Part shown: one piece after another, positions 1 through 13,649 of the stretch | Position numbering within the stretch: position 1 is the first letter of the stretch | Layout of the letters: every line of letters starts with the position of its first letter | NCBI RefSeq assembly: GCF_009834535.1 | Contig: NC_045702.1 | Span: 32,984,001-33,048,000 of the forward strand | Length of the DNA stretch: 64,000 bases | Reading direction: 5' to 3' | From: Camelus ferus | Lineage: Eukaryota | Made by a program: the position numbers and the translations under genes | Notes under the pieces: model-generated | The model's input: only the letters and a program-made list of their open reading frames with translations | Database searches by the model: none | What the model was told of the DNA's origin: nothing

Positions 1-359
1 TTTTATACACCATGACTCAGAGAGATCTTGTTTCCATTAAAATCCTCTATACAATAAAAATGGGTTCTAACACAATACTTTGTGTAAGAATACTTCCCAA
101 GACACCTCAGCCCGAACGACATGCACACCAACACCCCTCCCCTTTCCACCACAGACGGCTGTTCGGAAAAGAAAGAAAGAAAAAAAGAAAAAGAAAAAAG
201 CAGTTTTGTACTTTTCTATTTTTTTTAACCGTCCTGGTTTTCTCGTTCTTACCCAAGAGCCTTGCTCTGGAGGTTGGTGTCCACTGACAAGAGTCCTGGC
301 CTAGTCTTTTCTGGAGTGATAACTACTCCGAGTCCCTAAGCTGCAGCTGGGCAGCCACA

Positions 360-600
360 CCGGGAAGCTGAAGCCTCCTGGTCCCAGGTTGTTCCACACC
401 CTCGGGCCCCCGGGGGGGGTCACAGCAGAGCGTGGCGCGCAGGGCTGGGCCGGGCTCACCTGCAGGTGGTTGCCAGTCGGAACAATCTGAGGGGCTGTGG
501 GAAGGACGGCTCTTCGCGGGTGCGCACGGTGGCAGCGCATGCGCATGGCATTGACGCTGGGGTCAGAGGACGCGCGTAAGCCTGCCGTCACCGTCCCTGG
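360..600. promoter_or_regulatory. Small orphan CpG islet with NRF1 palindrome and MRE
   Basis: About 20 CpG in ~240 nt; GCGCATGCGC at 535-544; TGCGCAC at 521-527; minus-strand donor CAG|GTGAGC at 460/459. Confidence 0.6.
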
Positions 601-1124
601 CATCAGGAAGGCCTCGCAGACAGAGCCGGCTGCCAGAAAAAACCTCTCTCTCTCAGCCTCTTGTGAACATATACAAAGTCCAAAGAAAGACGTAAAACTT
701 TGTCTTCCTTTCCTATCTGGGCATGTCTCAGCTCAGCAGTCTCTTCTATTTCTTTTCTACTCCTTTGCCTCATATTCGTGTCTCGGCCCCTCCTTCCACC
801 ATACTTTGTGGTACAAGCATTGGTCCAGGACGGACAGACTGTTCCTGGCTCCACCTCAGGGAGGCAAATGTGGATCCTTATGTTTTTCAGACTGGAGCAC
901 TTGGAAAACAACAAGTCCTCCTTCCCATACTGATCACCTCTTGTGACATAGCGTAACAAGCTATTTTGCGAAAAGCCTGTTGCCCCACCATCTTTGGTCT
1001 GATCAGATCAGGGGGCTACGGGTCTCAGCACAGCAGAAAAGTATTTGGCCTTAAGCCCCAGTCCATAGAGGTTTAAATTTAGTGGGTTATTTCCATTATA
1101 CAACACCTACTACTTTTAACATTA

Positions 1125-1315
1125 GTAATAATATTTACAATAACAACTAGCATTTATTGAATACTTACTTTGTTTCTGACACTGTTATAAGTCATATATC
1201 ACCTCTTTTAATCCTCACAACAATACTAAAAAATAGAATATCCAATTTTACTGATAAAGGAGGAAAGAGGTCACAGTAAGTGGTGGCACCAGGATTCGAA
1301 CCAGGAAGTTGGGTT
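1125..1315 (-). mobile_element. MIR
   Basis: CATTTATTGA.TACTTACT.TGT...ATCCTCACAACAA...GGATTCGAACCAGG. Many further MIR relics occur, e.g. ~5835-6050, 21290-21460, 45270-45485, 49480-49690. Confidence 0.75.
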
Positions 1316-1351
1316 CACCATATTTGATTGCCATGAGGCTACATGTAACCA

Positions 1352-1652
1352 AAGGGTAGGAAGGTTCAGTTATGCAAAATGAACAAGTTTTGGAGACCTA
1401 ATGTCCAGTATGATGATGATAGTATAACAATACTATATTGTATACTTGAAATTTGCTGAATATAGACCTTAAATCTTTCCACACACAGCACACACACACA
1501 CTCATAGAGATAGTAACTATGTAGAGGTGATGAATATATTAATTAGCTTAATTATGGTGATCATTTAACAATGTATATACATAGATCAAAACATCAAGTT
1601 GTACAACTTAAGTGTATACAATTTTTATATGTCAATTATATCTCAAAGCTGT
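1352..1652 (+). mobile_element. Old L1M (L1MA9/MB-like) 3' end fragment
   Basis: Resembles the recalled L1M 3'UTR consensus (TATACTTGAAATTTGCT...AATTAGCTT.ATT.TGGT.ATCATTT). Confidence 0.7.
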
Positions 1653-1960
1653 TTAGGAAGAAAAAATGGACGATTTCATTAAATAAAAATTCTCCGAATG
1701 TTAATATTTACCCTTGTGGCTTTATATGCACACACATACACACACTTTTATTTTTGAACCATTTTGCCATTAAAGACATGATGTCCCTTTAACCTTAAAT
1801 GCTTCCATGCACGTTTCCTAAAAAAAAAGACAACCTCTTATACAGCCACAATGCTATTATTAAAATCAGGAAATTAACACTGATATAATACTATTATCTA
1901 CTCTACAGCCTTATTCAGATGATTTCAGTTGTTCTAATAATAGCTTTAATAGCAAATTAT

Positions 1961-2518
1961 GCAGGGAGGGAAATAGCTCAGTGGTAGTGTGCATGTTACC
2001 AAAGGCAAGCTTGTGTGCCTGCCACTCTACCAAGACAAATTGAAACATCAACATTTGGAGCAGAGAAAGGTTTACTGCAGGGGCGAGCAAGGAGGATGGG
2101 GTGACTCATGCCTAAGAAAACCCCGAACTCCCCAAAGGATTTCAGCAAAACATATTCAAGGCCAGATGAAGGGGGGGGGGGGTCTCAAGCTCCATGATCA
2201 GCTCCCGCATAGTCCTCTGGTTGATGTGGAGATAACAGAGCAGTCAACAATATCAACCCCCCAGGCACCAGAAGGTTTGGGGGCAATGCACCCTCATCAA
2301 GTAGTTAATTTTTTCCCTTTGGTGGTGGTTTAAGCATCTGAAAAACTCAGGAAATATACATGAGGTACCATTATCTGGGTGCTTCAGAGAGGACCTGCAG
2401 CAGAGGATATGGGGGAGGGGTCCCTGGAAGGCCCCCCAGGGTCCTGCTTGGTTACATGCATGCTTAGCATGCAGAGGTCCTGGGTTCAATCCCTAGTACC
2501 TCTACCAAAAAAAAAAAA
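1961..2518 (+). mobile_element. tRNA-Ala-derived SINE (Vic-1 type), split by an LTR: 5' part 1961-1993, 3' part 2457-2518
   Basis: GGGAGGGAAATAGCTCAGTGGTAG ... TGCTTAGCATGCAGAGGTCCTGGGTTCAATCCCTAGTACC followed by poly(A). Confidence 0.9.
1994..2456 (-). mobile_element. Solo LTR (ERV1-like), 463 bp, nested in the SINE
   Basis: TG...CA termini (TGTTAC/GTTACA); 4-bp TSD TGCA at 1990-1993 and 2457-2460. Orientation is inferred from a minus-strand AGTAAACCTTTCTCTG poly(A)-like motif. Confidence 0.85.
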
Positions 2519-3043
2519 GGACTACATGTAGCCAGCCAATATTTTATAATAGGGTCAATACTAGTTGTTAATCTGTGAATCAAAATACCAGGAACTGTGG
2601 TGCCTGGAATTCTCCGGGATGTATATGATCAGACCCAAAAGGAGGGATCCAAAAAGATGGATGAAATGATTTATCAGACACCACACTACTTCATGTCGTA
2701 AAAATCATAAATTTCTTGGAATTCTGTGCTCATTTATCACTGAGCACAAAATATATCCACTGTGTAGGTAGAAAGAAAAAAAAAGGCATAGCAGGAACAA
2801 ACAGATTCAGAGAAGGAAATGGGTATTTTTCAAAAGAGTTGTTGCATCACCTCTTCTATGGTTTGAAACAATTTTACAACAAATTCTGATGACAAATTAT
2901 TTTGCCACACTTCATCAACAGGTCCAGAATTTTCCAGTAAACACAAATTTCAGATTTTTAAATATTCTGCATGACATCAATTTTTTAAAATTATGCAGTA
3001 CAAATGTTTTGAGTGCAAACATGGATAAGTAAAATATCTTGTG

Positions 3044-3049
3044 TTTATT
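3044..3049 (-). terminator. LSMEM1 candidate poly(A) signal AATAAA (alternative at 3663-3668)
   Basis: TTTATT on the + strand, ~1.06 kb and ~0.44 kb past the stop codon. Confidence 0.5.
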
Positions 3050-4108
3050 TCTTAGTGTTATAATGTGTTTATACGTGTATGTATGTAATTTTAGAGTACA
3101 TTTTTTGATGAACCCAAAATGGTAGAACTGCAGTAGACTTCACATAACAGACTTACACGAAATATTTATATTAAATAAAAGATTTTCTAAGACTCATGCT
3201 TTTTAGGCTCATTTATATCACACCATATCTATTGTCGTAAACTGTGTGTGCCTTTCCTTTTGTGCTGAAACAAGGCTGGTTCCAAATATTCCAAGTAGAC
3301 AGTTCCTTACTGTAGTTTAGTGAAGGCTACAAAACTATCCGATTTGTTCAAAATTAATCAGTGGGGTGCTGAAGGACTTTTCTCCCCATCAGAAACGAAG
3401 TCAAAAAGCTTATCTATCTATATATAACTATACATCTCTTTGTTCCCCACTTGAATATAAGCTCCTCTGGAGCTTGGTGGTTTGCACAAAGTAGCAGCTC
3501 TCTAACATTTGTTGAATAAATTATGCTCTTTCTCTTGACCCCCTTCCCACCATACGCTCATAACTACTGTTAGCAAATATCAGTAGGCAACCAGCTCCCA
3601 GCCCAGCCAACCCCTGTCCCTGGGGAAATGAGTCAAAGTTTAATCACCTGAGCAGAATCTCTTTTATTGAAGAGTTATCACCTGGTGCCCTTGAACACAA
3701 TTCAGTTTATCCCTTAGGCTTCCTTAGGAGGGAGTTCGTAAAGGTGTATGTGCCATGAACCTTACTGGCCACAGTGTACTTATTCTGGTGACAAAGTTCC
3801 TTTCATAAAAGAAGTTGGATACACAGCTGAATTCCCTTTCTTGCTTACTGTCAGTTCTCCTCCATGCCAAGCCACCCTCATCCCACGAAAGCTGAAGGAC
3901 CCTACCACAGAATAAGCTCCTTTCTGGCTGAGTCCCCATCGCCCACCCCACCCCACCTCCACCTTGCCTTGACGTTGCACCCTTTCCTATAGCAGAAAGT
4001 TGGCCCTTTTTTGCCTGCAGAAATGCCCTCGGTCAGTTCTTCACCCTGCACACGCCCAGGACGGTGAGAAGCTCAGGTGTCAGCAGCTGCTCTTGGACGA
4101 TCACCTCT

Positions 4109-4264
<156 letters not shown>

Positions 4265-7200
4265 TCACTGGTTTTCAGCATGTTCCATCCAGACTCAGAG
4301 CCCTGGGGGCCGGGGGAGAGAGGGGGCTCGGCTGAGTGCTGAGAGGCCCCCTTGGCAAATCACCTGCTCTGATATCCCACACAGCCCAGAAGCCCAAGAG
4401 AGAAATTGCTGAAGACTGAAGTTAACTATCAAGTGAATGATTTTTACAATTTCTTGGTGCCAGACTTGACTACCTTCAGCAGCTCTGCACAGATTTTGGC
4501 TGAGAAAGATGTTGCTGCAAGCAACTGAGGGAAACCGCCAGTGTGTCTGATTATCCCTGGAGAAGTGACTGTTACGTTGTCTCATTTTGAGACTCATTCT
4601 CAGAAAAGGTTTTTTGCCCCTCATTTGGGAGGTGAGATTTTTTGGGTTCTCGCCTATTTTGACATAACTCTCCTGGTTCTAAACTACCAGGCCATAATGA
4701 ATGTATAATAATTCTCCTCAGACCACCCTGAAAGCAGAGAGACCACATTTCCAAAATAAACAGAACCCCTGGTTACTGAGTAAGCCAGGGAACGGAACAG
4801 CCTGAGGTCTGTTTAGCAGAGTTAAAATTTCCGAGAAATGCAACACAATATCAGTATTTAATATTTGGGCTTCTTATCATTTCCATTTCAGGCAAGTTTT
4901 TTCCAAGGTATCTTTTAGGTTTTGCAGAAAACTAACATGGAAAGTGTCAGAGCTTCACCTTCCAGCATTGGGACAAATTGCTGCCCAGAAGCTACTTATA
5001 TACCCCATGTCTGAAAAATTATGTTGGAAGTATTATGGTCCAAGACATGACGGAAGAGTCTTATTGAACATTGCTGCAGAGTGAGGTACCACTTGCTTCT
5101 GGGGAAGAATGTGAAACAAATAAATCCATAGCATGTGACATCCCTTCCCGTCTTGGGAACCTTCTGCATGAGTCAAACACAGAAGGAAGTAGCGCCATGT
5201 TGGACTAAGTCTGTTCCCCAGTACAGTGGTTCCAAATTAAATCCCCAAAAAGAAAAAGGGTTCCATGTGCAAAAAATTTAAAGGAAAATTATATCTGACC
5301 TGTCTTTTGGAAATTCACAAGGAGTGAAAAAAAGAAAAAAAAAAAACCTTGAGCATAACCTTATCCAGTAATTCTCAAACTCATTTCAGCACAGGGCCCT
5401 TTAGAGAATGCTTTTCTTATCCCTTAAGGCAACACTTAATAATATCCCACACACCTAGCATCTACACTGCTTGGCCACTGGAAACTGCTGCCAAGGCAGG
5501 TAGGCATCCTTGGTCATCTAACTTGGTGTCCATTGTTCCTCTTTAGGACAGAGATTGTGACAAAAACATAAGGCTCAACAGTTTAATCAATGTAATCAGT
5601 ATAAAATAGCCTATTCCTTTGCATAAAAATGCCAGAATTATAAAGAATGTAAGTTCTTGCGCTTCAGTTAAAAGAATACACATGTGCACTGAATCCCATT
5701 GAGAGTGAAAAGGTTTCCTTGTTAAAGATGCGCACAGACCAAGTTCATTTACAGGGTCCTGTGTCAACTCTGGTCTTAAATTGGGCTAAGGTTTATCTGG
5801 AAACCACAAGAAGCCTTTATTATTACTTCAACATAGGCAGTGGAGTGCTGGTGGGTTCTGGAGGCAGACGGGCCAGAGTATGAATCCCAGCTCTGCGTCT
5901 GATTCGCTGGATAAACATGGAGAGTGAAACTCTCTGGGCCTTAGTCTTTCATCAGTAAAACAGAAATATTAGACACTACCTTGACGGATAGAGTAAGGAT
6001 TTAAGATAATGAATTTAATGTCTCTGGCACAGAATAATCATTCAATAAAAAGGCATTCTTCTTTATTCACATCTTCTGTTTTTTAATATGAATTTGCCGT
6101 CAATATAAAACACTCAAAGCAAATATAAAATAAATCCTGCTTATACAGGGAGTGTAAAATGGTCACAAAGCGAATGGTCTTTGATGTCAGGCAGGGGAGT
6201 CTTTGTGTCCTGATTAGACACCTATTGGTAGTGGACTTGGGCGTATTAATTAATCTCTCCAAGCTTCAGTTTCAGCATGGGTAAAACCAGAATAAAAACA
6301 GGTCCCACACTATAGAGTCACCATGAGGTTGTGAGCAAACAGACACCAACTGATGCCTGGGAGAGAGTGAGCACCCAGTACGTAACATTTTTTTTTATTA
6401 TTGTTTTATCATTTATCATAATCGCAGAAGAGAGAAGTTTTTTGGTTGCTCCCAAGTCAGTAAACATACCTAAAATTTCTCAGTAGTTTAACTTAGTCAT
6501 TACCCAGACGGGTGAGGGCAGAATGGTATTTGGAGCATCAACTAATGTGGGATAACATTTCAGAAAGAGTAATCCAGGCGCTCTTTCCAGCCCTGCAGGT
6601 TCAGGGCCAACCTTCCTCCAATTAATAATCAGATGCAAGGACACTGTTGTAAGGATTGTTCACATTGTAGCTTCTAAGAGTAAAAGGGCACTGGGAGACC
6701 GGGAAGCAGTTAAACATCATCCCTCCCGTCCAGCCCCAGCCCCAAACCGCATAAACACCCTTAAGCTGGAAGGAAGAGTTTAGGGGAAGGAAAGGGGTTA
6801 GAAGCTGTAAGAGTCATGCCCCTCTCTGCCCGCCTCTCCCCTCCCATCACTACCATTGATACCCCCACTAATCCTGCATGAACTTGAATGAGAGGATTTC
6901 AAAGGCATGAGATCCACTTCTCATTTAGGATGGTTGAAGGCAGGGGCAGAAGTGATGGTGCGGTGGATCCAGGCAGAAGGCTGTCAAGGATGACTCCCTC
7001 CTCCCTCTCAGGCTCCTTCCACTCTTTTGGGGGTGAGGGGAGGGAACTGAAATAACTACAGCTGGTGGTCCGCAGGGGACAGCTCAGAGCGGACGCTGGT
7101 GGGCACCATGGGAGGGGCAACATGCAGAAGGAGGAGACATCTTTGCGAGAGGACAGATGTCCCCTTCCCCTATCCATGGCAGAGGGGAGAGTGGCACTGA

Positions 7201-7765
7201 GACCTCAGGGATCTCTCGGCGGAGGGGCTGGGTGGGAAAGCCTGGGTCACCACTCAAGGGCAGGCATGCAGGGCCCAGGCCAAGGGCAGGCAGGACACGT
7301 TAGATCAGAAGCAGGACGCCAGCCTGGGCAGCGTCAGACAGGAGGGAAGCAGCCTCATTATATCCCAACACTGCCTCTGGGCCCTGGCACAAGCCTCATT
7401 GCTTCTAATTGATTTCAGGGAAGTGGGGAAATCTAGGAGCGGGGCTGAAACATGACTGTGACTAAGTTATAGATCTGAATTCATGGAGAACCTGTGTTTT
7501 GGATTAAGAAAACCCAGAATTAACTAGAATAAGCTGCCTACCATTGGCAGCTAGGGACTCCAGGTGAGAAATGAAAGTGTTAGAGAAACAGTTAATGCCC
7601 GCATTTGTGAACTCCTGGCAGTCTGGGATTCTGTGTGCCCCAGCGACCTGCCCCAGGGCTGCGTTCCCTAGGCATTCACGCTCTCTCGTCCTTCCACATC
7701 AGTACTGACTGCCAGGAAGCACTGCCTCGATCCAGGAGCAAAGGGAACCAATCAGCTACACATCA

Positions 7766-7939
<174 letters not shown>

Positions 7940-9609
7940 TCAGCACACAGCTTGTCAGCAGAACCGAACAGTCCCCCACAAGTAGAGATATAAGGGGTAC
8001 ATCCATTTTCCCTCTGATCACTCTGGAAAGAGACTTCCATTTTAGGAATGTCTTTGGGCTGGGTGCTTTTTGAGAATTTTTTACCTTCTATACAGTATTC
8101 AAAGAACAAGCCGGGTCAACCTCTCTCTCCTCAGTCCCTATTTGAAGATTTCCTTGAAGACTATGTTAACACTGTATGTATCAGAACATGGATTTTTTAT
8201 TTGGGAGGCAGGCGGGGGATAAAGAAGTTAAGGGTTCTGCGTGACAGGGGCTCTATGGCCCTTTTCCCAGAGTGACCCAGGAGTAAGACCAGCGGGCTGC
8301 CGGCCACTTACTCTGGGTGAAACGCTGAACACCTTGCAGTATCTTGCAGAAAACTCTATTTCCTATCAAAATAACCAGTTATGCCTAATCCATTTAAACA
8401 ACAACAACAAAATAACCCTGGTGTACTTTGGTTTCTGAAAGCTGTTTTCAGGATGGACATGCTGTGGAAGCCAGGTTCTCTGAAATGTTTTGCAGTTGAG
8501 CTGAGACGGCAACCACGCTTCTACAACAGCCTAGTTCATCCAAACCATGAACTGTCTGCACCTGGGCATCATTTTGGAAGGCCTATTTGCCTAATAACAC
8601 CCAAATTAAATTGAAAAAGAAATACAAAAACTTGGGGTAATGGAGATCCTTGAACTACTTCCGTATTCTCTCCTACTTTGTGTCAGTCCCACACCCTCTG
8701 CTACTTGACTAAGGATGAATGGGTGGCTCGTGCCCCGTGCGTTATAAGGGGGCTGCATCACACCCTCCACAAGGTGTGCCTCCTAATTGTAGCCGGGGCA
8801 TAAGCCAGCACCCAAACACCTACATTTAATGAGACTGACTGCATTAAAAACAGGTGAAAATCTGAACAAATTAAAATATAGAGGAAAACAAGAACTTAGA
8901 AAGGATTTAGAGGGGGAATAATAGATATAAAACCGGGACAGTAAGAGTTTAGAGTGCGTGTGGAACAAACAGCAAGTGGACATTTATCACCATGAATGTC
9001 AGCATTTAAGCTAGAAAAGATGGGGCTCAGAATAACCTGATTGAACTCATTTATAATATTTAGGGGCCAAGATTCACCATAATATTTAGTATTTAGTATA
9101 CAGCAGATTTTTATTTTGTTTTCTCCCTTCTTTTTCTAATGCTTTAATTGGGGCAATTTGTAATTTAAAACAGGGAGTTGATATTTTTGCCCAACAAAAT
9201 GTTAATGATGTTTTTTTAGAACTAGTTAAATGTGTGGAACATTTTTCTCAGCAATTCGCCATGAAGTAAGACCCCTCTAGGAAAGTGGGTTCCATCGGTG
9301 ACCTGGCTGTGGTCACTAGAAGGCACAAAAGCAGCCAACAGGGATGAGTAAGCCTCTGGGAGACCACCTCAGCAGCCTCCAGCCCTTTCCAGGGAGGGAC
9401 ACTCCACAGGGACGTTTCAGAACTTTGAAGACAAGAGTTCAAATCTTGCTTAAGAGCCAAGAAAGCCCATAAGCCTGGCAAGCATTCAGAGAACAAAAGC
9501 AAAAACTGCCTCACAAGAAACAGCATTCTACCGTGGGACCTTCCGAAGGCCCGCCCCGCCCCTCCACACCCACAGGTCCAGCTTAGCACCGCTATTTTTA
9601 GGTGGCCTA

Positions 9610-9801
<192 letters not shown>

Positions 9802-12800
9802 TTAAACACAGAGGCTGGCTGGGGAGCTGGGCTTCAGGAGAATCACAGCCTACAGGAAGCTGATCAGGCACATGAAGAACCACCCATACAGATTACTTCC
9901 AGATGAAGGGCTAGAAAAGCTTTGCTTGTCCGGAAGAAAATATTTCCTTCTGGGGACAACTTTTGGAGCTATTCTTTTTGCTTTGCTTGCCAGGAAGCTC
10001 AGAATCAAGGGTGTAGCCCAACTGTAAGGCTTTAATACCCTGATGATGTGCATATGCTCTTGTCTCCTCCTCAGATTCCTCAGTTCTGTTTGTATTTTCC
10101 CTGGGTCTCTTTTTTTCTTTTGTAATTGATTTTTAAATATTTCCCTTTTATTACATTGGTCATATTCTGCACATATTTGTGCAAGAAGGCTATATATAAA
10201 CACGTACAAAGATAAAATTAAGCTAGGCAGCCTGTGACCATAAAGACTCTTGAGAAAAGAAAATATTACTGTGAACCATTCTAATTGATGAGGCTTTAAT
10301 ACAAAACTATACCTATTAGATTCTCCCTCAAGATGCTGTATGAGTTCCAACCTTAAAGGCATCTTTAGTCCTTAGACACTGGCTCTGAGTCTTCAGGACA
10401 AAAATCTTAGCAAACTGAGATGCTACAGCAGTTGCAGGCTCGACCTCAGGACCCTCTGAGGTCTCTTCCCTGAGTTTCCTTAGATTGAGGTCACTTACAT
10501 AATAAATAATTTTTAAACTGTAGTTTACATTTCAGGTCATGTTCTCTAATGTCAGCACAACTTCAAGGTACATTGAAAAACCTAAATGGATTTTAAAAAT
10601 CTATTTTAAGATGTTTCTCTAGTACAACAGAGAACTTGTGGCCTTTTAATTATGTGAAACGAAGATTCTAGGAAGACAAATTCCAGTTGCTATCAAAGCT
10701 TTCTCTTTTACAGTTGTCTCTTTTCATAAAATGAGTCTAATAGTGATGTTTTGATCTGGAAAGGATTTTAGACATGCTCTTCTCCAGCCCCTTTCCTTTC
10801 CACAGGTGAGAAAACGGAAGCTCAGAGGGTAAATGCCCGAGATCACACATGAGCTCATCGCAGACCTGGCAGGTGGGCCTCTGGCTTCACTTTGCCTTCT
10901 CCTGCACTGCCTTCTCCATAGGCTCCCTATCTGTTGTCACGATCAGCTCAAACCTCACCTCCAGTAAGAATCAGCCTGTCTTTCCTTTGTGCCCTTGTTG
11001 GATGCTGTACATTCTTCTATCAGAACAGCTGTTCTATATTACTGCATTTATTTTCTTACATCTTTGATTTCCCCAATTGACTGAACACCCCATAGGGTGG
11101 GCACCAATCTTACCCTTCAAATGCCCAGTGCCAAGTTTAGAAGCCAGTGACTTACGTTTGGTTGGAACACCTAACATTTAATTTAGGATTTGTATCTCAC
11201 TATTTCCAAAAGAATTTGAGGCAGTAATAAGTACCCTAACGTAAATAAAACTGAGGTAAAAACCCTCGTGTGATATCTGGACTTTAGTAAAAGCAATGCG
11301 GTAAACTTTGTGCCTGCCTAGATGTGGCAACACACTATCTCCTGTTAACATTTTAAAACTTTCCTTTAATGCCTAGCTACAGAATGAAGGGAAATATGAT
11401 TAGTGTTAAGAGAAACCAAATTCAGGAAAAAAAACATGAACACCTATAGAAGATCTGAAAAAAAAAAGTATCAGTCATTTACTAAACAGATTAGACTGAA
11501 CTCTAAAATATTAAAACCCAGCAATTTCCCAGGTTATACCTAAAAACATACTAGTACTTGTGGAAAAAAAAAAAAGTGCTCCCAGAACCCTAGGTAAGAA
11601 ACACAGTGGGTTTGGAAAGTCATGAACTAGTTAAATTTTTTTTCAATCAATTAAAAACTGTAAAGGGTGTTTTATTGATCCTGAAATTTTAATTAACAAG
11701 AACACATAACTCCCTGAGGATTTTAGATAAGGTACTACTGAAGCACTTTAGATACTGATGTTACTGAATTCCAAATACACTTCCTGGAGCACTCCTAAGG
11801 GAATGACTTTAAGTGACAAAAAAAAAAAAAAAAAAAGTAACAGCATATAGAGCAGAGGGGCCTTGGAGATCGATCGACTCTTACCCTTTTACAGATAAAA
11901 CCAAAAGTGTTGACTGATGCGTGGTCAGATTTCTAAACTATTTTTCTAGAGATTTTATCATCTCTTTATACTTCATTGTCCCAAACACTAATATTTGACG
12001 AGGCATAAAGCTTGTATCACATCATTGGATCATTCTTCCAAACACGGCTTCTATTTTAGGCTCGGTGGCTGACACATGGTTCATTTTTGGATCTCTGATT
12101 TGATATCCTTGAGCCTTAGCTTCCCCTTTGGGAATGTAATCACTACTGCTTAAATCTCATGCTGAGGCTTAATCGGCGTTTACAAGGTAGAGGACTAGCT
12201 AGAAAAATCACAGCCACAAAAACTGACTTAAGAGCAGCACAGCTAATAAAATCTCCAAACCACTGGCCCTTGCTGCCGGCTCAAAAGTAATTCAATGCAA
12301 CATCCAATCCAAAAACACTAAGACAATAACCTACACTGAACCCTGAAGTGCTCTGAAAGCAGTCATTTGGGTAAAGTTACAATGCAAATAAATGCTATTT
12401 CAATGCAGTTTTAAATTAAGTGCAACATGCAAATAGAAGATAAAGAGCCAGTAGGGAAAACAGAGTTGGGTGTGGTTCATGGCAGCTAAGAGCCTGCAAA
12501 TGACTCTGTAAGTAAATGGATCCAAGATCACATGGCCCTAAAACCAGGACCCACAGCTGTTGACACCCAGTTGTTGCTATCTTTGGCATCTCCATATGAG
12601 GGCATCTGGGAACAACCAGCAGGGCTGGAGAAGCCAGTGTTACTAAATTCTGCATCGCACTAACCTGACCCTCCTTTTGACTCTGGTGTGCAAATTTGAT
12701 CATTAAGTAAGATTGACTGAAGCAGCATCCTTTTCATGGAACGCTTTCTAATACCTTGAGGTGAAACATGTAAGTAATTTCATTTTCCTCCAGTTTAGAT

Positions 12801-13649
12801 CAATGCTAACAGCTGATTTTTTTTCTGTCATTTAAGAATGCTTTGACTACCTATAATATTCTGACCAATATAGTTGTCTATGAAAATCTGCTTTGCTCTT
12901 TATTTTTTTCCAGTAGGTGTTTGGTATCAAACCATAGAAATAACTCCCACCAGTACTGTCCCACAAAATCAGAATTGTTATCATAGGGCTTAATTCAAAG
13001 CTAATAGGAAGCTTTCTTGAGTGAGTCATGAAAATTTGTCCTTTAGTTCCATTTCAGAGTCAGTGCCTTCTCAAATACAGGAAGTAATTTTAAAAATAAA
13101 GTCTACATCATTTCTATCAGAAGTTAAAAGCACAGGGCACATGCAACAACACAAAAACCAAACCAGCCTCAAGAATTCACTCTCAGAAGAGTAACAGCAT
13201 GCAAATTACTTACAAAAATGTGAGCTGTGACTGCTAGATAACCAGGGGAAAAAAATTATTCAGAAGCAACTGTGACTTTCTACAAATTCTGCAGTTCTTT
13301 CTTTGCCTTCCTTCGGCACATGATCACTCCTCTAAGGCCCATAAACCCCAGCATGAAACTGTTGATCTATATTTAGTGTTAATTTAGCCAAGCAGTGTAA
13401 GATTCCAAATATTGACTTTTTTCATAATGCCTAAGGTTTTTAGTTAATATATTCGTAAAACTATGCTTTAAAAAGAAGAAAACCACCATGCCTTGATTCA
13501 TTTGGTAACTGATGAGGTTCTTATTGGACTGAGATTTATGTCCTTATTTGGCTGATGTGACTGTGTGAGCTGACAGTTCCCGTCTTCTGCCATACGGGGC
13601 TCCCGTGTAAATGTCGGGTTCCAGGCTGAAGCTGCCGCACTAAACTCAC

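Noticed and set aside
2725-2748. Hairpin TGTGCTCA-N8-TGAGCACA (also GTTCTAG-A-CTAGAAC at 40723-40737)
   Set aside because: Stems of 7-8 bp are expected by chance in 64 kb and are too short for a pre-miRNA.
9850-10362. 170-aa minus-strand ORF just upstream of the LSMEM1 ATG
   Set aside because: Intronic, starts at a non-ATG codon, has no splice link and no recognisable similarity.
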